Source of the DNA: a virus
Direction: 5' to 3' (one strand)
IMG/VR virus record: IMGVR_UViG_3300045988_109352
DNA length: 64,000 bases
Shown here one piece after another: positions 25,716-31,947 of the stretch (its first letter is position 1; the number at the start of each line of letters is the position of its first letter). The position numbers and the translations under genes were made by a program. A model generated the notes under the pieces. It ran no database searches and was not told the DNA's origin. It saw nothing but the letters and a program-made list of their open reading frames with translations.

Positions 25716-25931
25716 TTAATATTTAACAGTTCTACCATAACTAACTTTTCCGTTCTTATTTACTCTGATAGCGGTTAAAGAATGCACTTCGCCATCTTTC
25801 CAGCCAACTATACAAGTGCCTGTTAGTTCCTTAATACATTCCTTTGGCGTATAAGCCAACCATATATGTTTCTTTGCTTCTTGCAACGTTAAAAACATTT
25901 CGTTGCATCCATCTATAGTATAAGTTCCCAT
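25716..25931 (-). CDS. hypothetical protein
   Basis: Preferred over the overlapping ORF 25831..26025. Confidence 0.45.
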   Translation of the reverse strand: MGTYTIDGCNEMFLTLQEAKKHIWLAYTPKECIKELTGTCIVGWKDGEVHSLTAIRVNKNGKVSYGRTVKY

Positions 25932-25934
25932 AGT

Positions 25935-26303
25935 TTACTCCTCCGTTTCGTTTTCTATTTCTATTTCGTCCAATACCCCCGAAATTGCCTGCCCAAGAAG
26001 ATAACAACGTATTGTAACGTCGCAAGCCTCTGCACCTTTTTCAAGGTAGGATAAATCACAGCCAAATTCAGTTAGTGCTTCTGTTAACAATTCAAAGTTG
26101 TGGCAAAGATTTTCTTCTGCTTGCCACGCTGAAAATGTGTATGAGCCAGAAGCGTTTCCCGTTACGCTATCATTTACAAACAACGTATCGTTCAATTCTT
26201 GCTCCACTTCTTCTCGGTTGCTGCTTGTTACTACGATTTTATTTTCTTCAATGTAGTTTCTAACGTCTTCTTTCACGTTCTCCAGGTAATCGTAAGTTTT
26301 CAT
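25935..26303 (-). CDS. strongly acidic early protein
   Basis: Asp/Glu-rich throughout, ending EIEIENETEE. Third gene of the leftward operon. Confidence 0.55.
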   Translation of the reverse strand: MKTYDYLENVKEDVRNYIEENKIVVTSSNREEVEQELNDTLFVNDSVTGNASGSYTFSAWQAEENLCHNFELLTEALTEFGCDLSYLEKGAEACDVTIRCYLLGQAISGVLDEIEIENETEE

Positions 26304-26316
26304 ATCATTGCATTTT

Positions 26317-26655
26317 TTAATTATTAATATTTAATCCGTTAAACACTGATTTATATTTTGTTTCAATACAAGCTGTATGCCCTTGATAAGAGCCGTTTGC
26401 ACTTATCTCGATATAACAATACTGCAAACCGTCGCTCTTATCTGTGAATTCCTTATATTCCAGTTCATAAGGCGGCAAACCTTTTTTAATACGTTTGTTA
26501 TTGTGTTTATCTAACCATTTCCGGGCGTTCATTGCAGACTGCCAGCATGTAAGTTGCCTTTCATATTCCCAATAGTTTTCATTTGAAAAATAGATAGTTT
26601 TGTTTAACAGCTTATTTACACATGTCAAACCTACTATATACTCCTTGTTATCCAT
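26317..26655 (-). CDS. hypothetical protein
   Basis: 112-aa ORF. Confidence 0.5.
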   Translation of the reverse strand: MDNKEYIVGLTCVNKLLNKTIYFSNENYWEYERQLTCWQSAMNARKWLDKHNNKRIKKGLPPYELEYKEFTDKSDGLQYCYIEISANGSYQGHTACIETKYKSVFNGLNINN

Positions 26656-26779
26656 CTCTCCTTTGATTATTGCAAGTGCGTCCGCAATCTGAACAACTGT
26701 AGGCTATTCCGTTTTCAACTCCCTGCATACACATGCTGATAAGCTTGTATTCTTGTTTTGGTAAATTCCCTTGTTTCAT
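26648..26779 (-). CDS. small Cys-containing protein (43 aa), first gene of the leftward operon
   Basis: Hand-translated MKQGNLPKQEYKLISMCMQGVENGIAYSCSDCGRTCNNQRRDG. Its stop overlaps the next start (ATGGATAA). Confidence 0.3.
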   Translation of the reverse strand: MKQGNLPKQEYKLISMCMQGVENGIAYSCSDCGRTCNNQRRDG

Positions 26780-27330
26780 AACTCTATTTTTTAAGTGATT
26801 GATTTTCAATTTTCTGTACTCTGCATTTCCACGGGCTTGTAACCGTCTTAGGCTGCATTACAGATGAAGTACGGGAAAATCAGATGGCTATCAGATAACA
26901 GCTATATATTATAGCCATATATCCATAGGCTTATATCCTATTTCCCGTTCCTTCTTCATATCATTATCTTAGATATAGTTAAGTAGTGTATAGGTAACGA
27001 CTTCCTAAATACTTGCTGCAATTACGTTTATTGCACTTGCTTAATACCATATCAATATCTCACAGCGTCTACCCTCGCATGTAATGTTATCCAGTGTAAC
27101 TATTCATGCGTCAACGCTTATTCAGTATGTAAGTCTTTCAAATATCGCTTTGTCTTCGTTGAACTCCTTTGTTCCCTTTCGACATTACAAAGATACAGCT
27201 TTATTTTGATATATATGTTAATTGAACGTTAAAAATATATCAAACTATCGTATTTTAACTCTCATTTACAAATAAAGTGTGTAATTACATAAATATTTAC
27301 ACAAAACAAGCGATAATAAAGGAAAACAAC

Positions 27331-27370
27331 GCCAAAAAAAACAAGTAGTTACTAAAACAAAAAAACTACT
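27331..27370 (-). terminator. intrinsic terminator (minus strand) with no upstream ORF
   Basis: Stem AGTAGTT/AACTACT (27344-50 / 27364-70), followed on the minus strand by TGTTTTTTTTGG. Confidence 0.45.
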
Positions 27371-27616
27371 GTTCCAGTTCCTATCCTTTCCGACTTCATG
27401 CAAACACGTACAGACACACACATAATATATTATATATATTAATTATATATATATAGTGCTTCGCACACTGGCAGCGTTAATAACCATTCGTTTAAAAACA
27501 AGTTTTTAAACATTATTCTAAAGTATATCAATTAATAATATCTATATTAATATTATATATATAATATAATTATAATAATATATTATTTAGTTTATATATA
27601 TATATAATTATATCTA

Positions 27617-27700
27617 TGTTATATTGTATATTATTGTTTTTATGTGTTATATTGATTTATATAATTATATCTGATTTGTGTTATATTGAATTATATAAAG
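27617..27700. repeat. iteron-like direct repeats in the AT-rich core
   Basis: TGTTATATTG at 27617, 27645 and 27679. Extended units GTGTTATATTGA(T/A)TTATATAA at 27644 and 27678 match 21/22. Confidence 0.5.
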
Positions 27701-28149
27701 CCTAATTATTTAAATAATCACGCATGAGCACACACGCACATGCACGTAAAGCAAAAACATCATGCAATATTCTTTGCAAACGGATGTTTGGTTTAAATAT
27801 TCAGCCCGTTTAAGCCTTCGTAATTGTTTGAGGCATGCAACACTTCATCCGTGCTTCGTTCGTTCTTCAGTCCCCCTACAAACAAGCAATAAGGGCAAAT
27901 AATCCCTCATAGGGGTATGGGGGGGGGTAAACCGTAGCCGGAAACGGTGGGGTACACATAGCCTAACTCCGAAAAAAATAAAAAAAATAAATTTAGTCCG
28001 TGGCTAAACAATTGATTATCATCCGCTATGTAAATTGCCGTATTGGGGATAAATGTTGTAAGTGTCTGATATTCAGCCGTTGTCGTGATTCCGACTTCGG
28101 GAAGTATTGTCCGTGGGTGTAGTGTATTTGCCTACTGATGATTTTAATT

Positions 28150-28170
28150 CCCCCGAAATCGGGGGTTTTA
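28150..28170 (+). terminator. intrinsic terminator (plus strand) inside the ORF-free hub
   Basis: CCCCCG-AAAT-CGGGGG followed by TTTTA. The opposite strand lacks a T tract. Confidence 0.45.
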
Positions 28171-28303
28171 GAAACCTTGTATGTTGGTTTGGCTGGTAGT
28201 ATGCTTGATTTGTATTTATGCAACGTTTATTTGCGTATTTTACCCACGAACCTAAGTATTTTATCATCTTACCCAAATAAAATTAAAATTTTCGCTTCTA
28301 TAA

Positions 28304-28334
28304 TTTGGATTTTAGAATTTAGTTAGTACATTTG
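28304..28334 (+). promoter_or_regulatory. Bacteroidota-type promoter of the rightward operon
   Basis: TTTG (28304-07), 19 nt, then TACATTTG (28327-34). AAAGGAG lies before the ATG at 28384. Confidence 0.55.
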
Positions 28335-28383
28335 CGGTGTTGTTTAACTAAAAACTTGAATGATATGAAAGGAGATTTTATTT

Positions 28384-29193
28384 ATGAAGCGTAGTGAGCA
28401 TTTCAACGTTGCTGCTGGCAAGTGGTTGAATGGTTATCCCTTGTCGGTTAATGGGCATAAGTACGTTATATCTGGCGTTGATTCGGATAATAGCCTTGTC
28501 TTGCATTGTTTAGATGCTAAGGATATTGTTTGTGAATATTCGGATTTGATGATAGGCTCTTCCCACATCTTTGTGAACCATTGCGACCATGTGATTTGTG
28601 AGGCGAGGCGGGTGTTTGTTGACGAGCAATCCCATCATGAGCTTTATGTTGTGAACAAAGGTGACGAATGGCGTTCTTATTGGGTTGAAGATTCCTATGT
28701 CATAGGTGCTAATTGCTGTACTATTCGTTCTATTTCAGACTTTCTCCGCGAGAAGAATAAGTTTTTCTGTGGTGACATTGTGGTTAAGTACGATTGCGGT
28801 GTTCCCACTTACTACTTTGTGGATGCTTTTACAGATGTTTCGGGTGTTTTCACGGTTGTGTTCAGCTACTTGGACGGTGATGGTAAAATTGCTTATTGCT
28901 ATTCCGACAAGGGAATGTATCGTGTTCTTGAGGATGTTGCGTTTGAGCATTGGGCTTCTCGTGGATTCAAGTACGACGAGGAGAACAATACGTTGTGTCC
29001 CATCTCTTATGAGTTAACTGATAATTCCTATGTTTTTTACTGTAGTGACGAGCCAGTTTCGGTTCTTGCTAACTGGAAGATAGGTACTTATGGCTTTGCT
29101 AAGGATAAATTTCCCTTCATTGTACCTTTCCACAAGTTTAATCCCGACAATATTGGTGAAAGTTTGCAGCACAATGTTGTAAAACAGCAATAA
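28384..29193 (+). CDS. hypothetical protein
   Basis: 269-aa ORF, first gene after the promoter. Confidence 0.6.
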   Translation: MKRSEHFNVAAGKWLNGYPLSVNGHKYVISGVDSDNSLVLHCLDAKDIVCEYSDLMIGSSHIFVNHCDHVICEARRVFVDEQSHHELYVVNKGDEWRSYWVEDSYVIGANCCTIRSISDFLREKNKFFCGDIVVKYDCGVPTYYFVDAFTDVSGVFTVVFSYLDGDGKIAYCYSDKGMYRVLEDVAFEHWASRGFKYDEENNTLCPISYELTDNSYVFYCSDEPVSVLANWKIGTYGFAKDKFPFIVPFHKFNPDNIGESLQHNVVKQQ

Positions 29194-29257
29194 AAGTTTA
29201 CATTTTAGAGAAATTTTTCCTATATTTGCATTGAGATAATATTAAAATCGTTAACAA

Positions 29258-29746
29258 ATGACATATTTATATCTGTTATCTTTATTAACACTTGTTGCAT
29301 ACATTGGTTATGCTTTGAAGGTATGCGAACTGCCTGCATCGCTTTCAGATACCTACTACATTTTGAAGGAGAAGAGCCGTCCTTCTTGGCTGTTTCAGCT
29401 TGCTATGGTTGTCTGTCCTATGCTTCTTGTTCCCGTATGGCTTGAATTGTCTTCTGACAGTGTTCAGTTTCTTTCTTTCTTGGCTTGTGGCGGTCTGATG
29501 TTTGTCGGTACAGCGCCTTTGTTCAAGGAGGAGTTTCAGAGGAAGGTTCACTTCGGTGGGACTATAGTAGCTGGATTGGGCACTACCTTGTGGCTGTTGT
29601 TCTCTGGTATGTGGTATATCCCTTCCGCTTTCTTCTTTGTGTCGGGCATTGTCATGCTGTTCAAGAAAAAGTGGCTGTTCTGGCTGGAAATGGCGTTGTT
29701 TGCGAGTGCTTATACTGGATTGTTAGTTAAAATGATGTTTGGATGA
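29258..29746 (+). CDS. multi-pass membrane protein
   Basis: Five or so hydrophobic spans. Confidence 0.6.
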   Translation: MTYLYLLSLLTLVAYIGYALKVCELPASLSDTYYILKEKSRPSWLFQLAMVVCPMLLVPVWLELSSDSVQFLSFLACGGLMFVGTAPLFKEEFQRKVHFGGTIVAGLGTTLWLLFSGMWYIPSAFFFVSGIVMLFKKKWLFWLEMALFASAYTGLLVKMMFG

Positions 29747-30018
29747 TGGAAAGAAAACTGTTTGATGGATGGGGTCTGTTTATAACCAAAGACTTGTCCT
29801 ATGTAGGCTTTTTCACGGATGATAGAGTTTGCTTGATAGATATAGAGGCTGATGGAATACAAATCATTGAGAAATCCGATTTCAAGGAGGACTATTTACT
29901 TTCCCCTACCGAGGAGGATATGGTTAAGTTCCGTGCTACTTTAGAAAAAGCTGGAAGTGGGTTTAGAGATAAGATTTTGGAAATAATGAAAAAAAATAGT
30001 TATGAATTTGAGTTTTAA
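29743..30018 (+). CDS. hypothetical protein
   Basis: Overlapping start and stop. Confidence 0.5.
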   Translation: MMERKLFDGWGLFITKDLSYVGFFTDDRVCLIDIEADGIQIIEKSDFKEDYLLSPTEEDMVKFRATLEKAGSGFRDKILEIMKKNSYEFEF

Positions 30019-30247
30019 ACAAGCTATAGACCTTCACCAGTGCCTTCGCTACATTGAAGCTTGCCAAAAGGCTATATACGGTAACGACAATACGAGTGAC
30101 AACATAGAGGTCGGGGACGTATCTGTGACGTTTCACTTTGACGATGGCGAAATCTTTTTGGATAGCTTGATTGTTTCCGGTTCGGAGTGCAAGAAGGGGC
30201 GCATTGATGTTGAAGACTATTTAGTTGAAGACTATTTAAGAGAATGA
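30002..30247 (+). CDS. hypothetical protein
   Basis: Packed plus train. Confidence 0.45.
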   Translation: MNLSFKQAIDLHQCLRYIEACQKAIYGNDNTSDNIEVGDVSVTFHFDDGEIFLDSLIVSGSECKKGRIDVEDYLVEDYLRE

Positions 30248-30248
30248 G

Positions 30249-30614
30249 ATGGAGTTATATTTAGAACCTATTTACCGTGACCGGAATTGCAAGGGGCAGT
30301 TCAACAAGGGTCACAGATTGAGATTTGGAGGGCGACCTTGTTCCGAGGAAACTAAGAAGAAGCTGTCGGAGATTATGAAAAAGAGGATAGCTGACGGTTC
30401 TACCAAGATGCCTCATTTTCAGAAGGCTGTAATAGTCATTAAGGACGGTCGGATTGTGGGTCACTACCCTTCCGCTACGGAGATGGCTCGCAGGCTGGGA
30501 ATTACCAAGTCGATTATTATCCGTGTTTGCTTGGGTATTCGGAAAAGCTATCGTGGATGCAATCTTTTTTACGAGTGTGATTCAGATAAATGGATGAAAC
30601 TAATTAAAGAATGA
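30249..30614 (+). CDS. homing-endonuclease-type DNA-binding protein without a nuclease domain (NUMOD3 plus NUMOD1-like HTH)
   Basis: GHRLRFGGRPCSEETKKKLSE (NUMOD3-like) and SATEMARRLGITKSIIIRVCLG (NUMOD1/IENR1-like). No GIY-YIG or HNH motif. Confidence 0.5.
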   Translation: MELYLEPIYRDRNCKGQFNKGHRLRFGGRPCSEETKKKLSEIMKKRIADGSTKMPHFQKAVIVIKDGRIVGHYPSATEMARRLGITKSIIIRVCLGIRKSYRGCNLFYECDSDKWMKLIKE

Positions 30615-30615
30615 G
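30608..30615. repeat. 8-bp direct repeat AGAATGAG, copy 1, flanking T2
   Basis: Identical octamer at 31937-31944. Confidence 0.85.
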
Positions 30616-31936
30616 GGTAACTATATAGCACTTTGCACTAAAAATTATATAAATAAATAGGAAATTTAAAATATTCTATTTATATTTGCGACATGTATTT
30701 AACGGAGCAACATATAATAACAGTTAATGACAAGAGGTACAAGGATTTAGACCGGATTTGTTTCTTATCCAAGAACTTGTATAATGCGGCTTTATATATC
30801 ATAAAGCAGGAGTTTCTTGTTTCCGGGAAATGGATAAGGTCTACAGAACTTAACAAAAAGATGGTTGCAGAAAACAACGTTGATTTTAGGGCTATGAGTG
30901 GTTCTTCTTCCCAGCAAATTTTAATGGCTTTGGATAAGAATTTGAAATCCTATTTTTCTGCCATTAAAGCATGGAAAAGGGATAACAAGAAATTTACTGG
31001 ATGCCCTAAATTCCCGAAATACAAGCATAAAACAAAAGGAAGAAATATATTTACTTATTCTTATGTACAATTTAAACATAGAGGGGAGTACATTTATTTC
31101 CCGAAGAAAGAAGGTCTGCAACCGTTGAAAACAAGATGCAAGGAAGGAACAGTTAAGCAAATAAGGTTTGTACCGAAAGCAGATTGTTATGTAATAGAAC
31201 TGGTATATGAATCAGAAGTAAAGGAAAAGCTACCGGATAACAATAAGTATATGTCTATTGATTTGGGAGTTAACAACCTTGCTTCTATTGTAACTAATAC
31301 GAGTAACAAGGCTGTTTTGGTAGACGGAAAGAAATTGAAGTCCATCAACCAGTATTACAATAAGAAAAAGGCTAAAGTTCAATCACAATTAAAGAAAACA
31401 AATGGAAAGGAAAATTCGAGACGGTTAATGAACCTTACAAGAAAAAGAAACAATAAGGTCAAGGATTATTTGCATAAGGCAAGCAAGGAAATTGTAAGCA
31501 TGTGTTTGAAAGACAATATAACTACATTGATAGTAGGACATAATGACGGATGGAAACAGGAAGTGGATATGGGTAAAAGAAACAATCAGAACTTTGTTTC
31601 AATTCCGTTTGAAACGTTCATATCAATGTTAAGGTACAAATCTGAAAGACAAGGACTAAGATTTGTTGAAATAAACGAATCTCACACGTCAAAATGCAGT
31701 TCTTTAGATTTAGAAGAAGTAAAACATCATGATAGTTATATTGGAAAGAGAGTAAAAAGAGGTCTTTTCAGAACAAAGAACGGGATTTTACTCAATGCAG
31801 ATATAAACGGAGCCTACAACATCATGAGAAAAGTAAAGGGGGATGCAGCAATGCCACCCTATAGAGGGTTTGGGTATAACCCAGTTAAGAAATTTATTAA
31901 CAAATAGATACAAGTGTAAACTTGTATATAATTACC
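30616..31936 (+). mobile_element. TnpB-only element T2 with imperfect terminal inverted repeats and an 8-bp flanking duplication
   Basis: GGTAACTATATAGCACTTTGCACT (30616-39) against the reverse complement of 31913-36, GGTAATTATATACAAGTTTACACT, matches 19/24. Deleting it restores a compact stop/start junction. Confidence 0.8.
30693..31907 (+). CDS. tnpB: TnpB-family RNA-guided endonuclease, variant subtype
   Basis: IDLGVNN (RuvC-I), YLHKASKEIV, INESHTSK and NADINGAYNIMRKV (RuvC-III). The canonical IxEDLN position reads LIVGHNDG, and there are no CxxC Zn-ribbon pairs. Confidence 0.8.
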   Translation: MYLTEQHIITVNDKRYKDLDRICFLSKNLYNAALYIIKQEFLVSGKWIRSTELNKKMVAENNVDFRAMSGSSSQQILMALDKNLKSYFSAIKAWKRDNKKFTGCPKFPKYKHKTKGRNIFTYSYVQFKHRGEYIYFPKKEGLQPLKTRCKEGTVKQIRFVPKADCYVIELVYESEVKEKLPDNNKYMSIDLGVNNLASIVTNTSNKAVLVDGKKLKSINQYYNKKKAKVQSQLKKTNGKENSRRLMNLTRKRNNKVKDYLHKASKEIVSMCLKDNITTLIVGHNDGWKQEVDMGKRNNQNFVSIPFETFISMLRYKSERQGLRFVEINESHTSKCSSLDLEEVKHHDSYIGKRVKRGLFRTKNGILLNADINGAYNIMRKVKGDAAMPPYRGFGYNPVKKFINK

Positions 31937-31944
31937 AGAATGAG
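31937..31944. repeat. 8-bp direct repeat AGAATGAG, copy 2
   Basis: Identical to 30608-30615. Confidence 0.85.
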
Positions 31945-31947
31945 ATT

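Noticed and set aside
25831-26025. A 64-aa ORF overlapping 25716..25931 and 25935..26303.
   Set aside because: It is out of frame with, and largely contained in, two better ORFs that abut each other cleanly. Its Arg/Asn/Gly-rich product looks like a frame artefact.
582-26263. Numerous 60-140-aa plus-strand ORFs scattered through the leftward early block (for example 1198..1557, 2657..2998, 6500..6916, 7278..7649, 14745..15092).
   Set aside because: All are embedded antisense in the continuous, overlapping minus-strand gene train. Their products are hydrophobic or low-complexity, as expected from A/T-rich antisense reading.
27420-27715. An A/T-rich repetitive block, considered as a CRISPR array.
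   Set aside because: The repeats are short, irregularly spaced (28 and 34 bp) and embedded in simple TATATA sequence. There is no uniform repeat-spacer periodicity and no cas genes. Iterons or an origin is the better reading.
27912-27951. A G-quadruplex from GGGG-TAT-GGGGGGGGG ... GGGG.
   Set aside because: Only three closely spaced G tracts can be formed without using single-G loops. The fourth tract is about 20 nt away. It is reported only as a G9 homopolymer within the structured segment.
28026-28276. Two overlapping minus-strand ORFs (65 and 67 aa) inside the non-coding hub.
   Set aside because: They overlap each other in different frames. They span the plus-strand terminator hairpin and structured GC-rich stems, and they have no promoter or RBS context.
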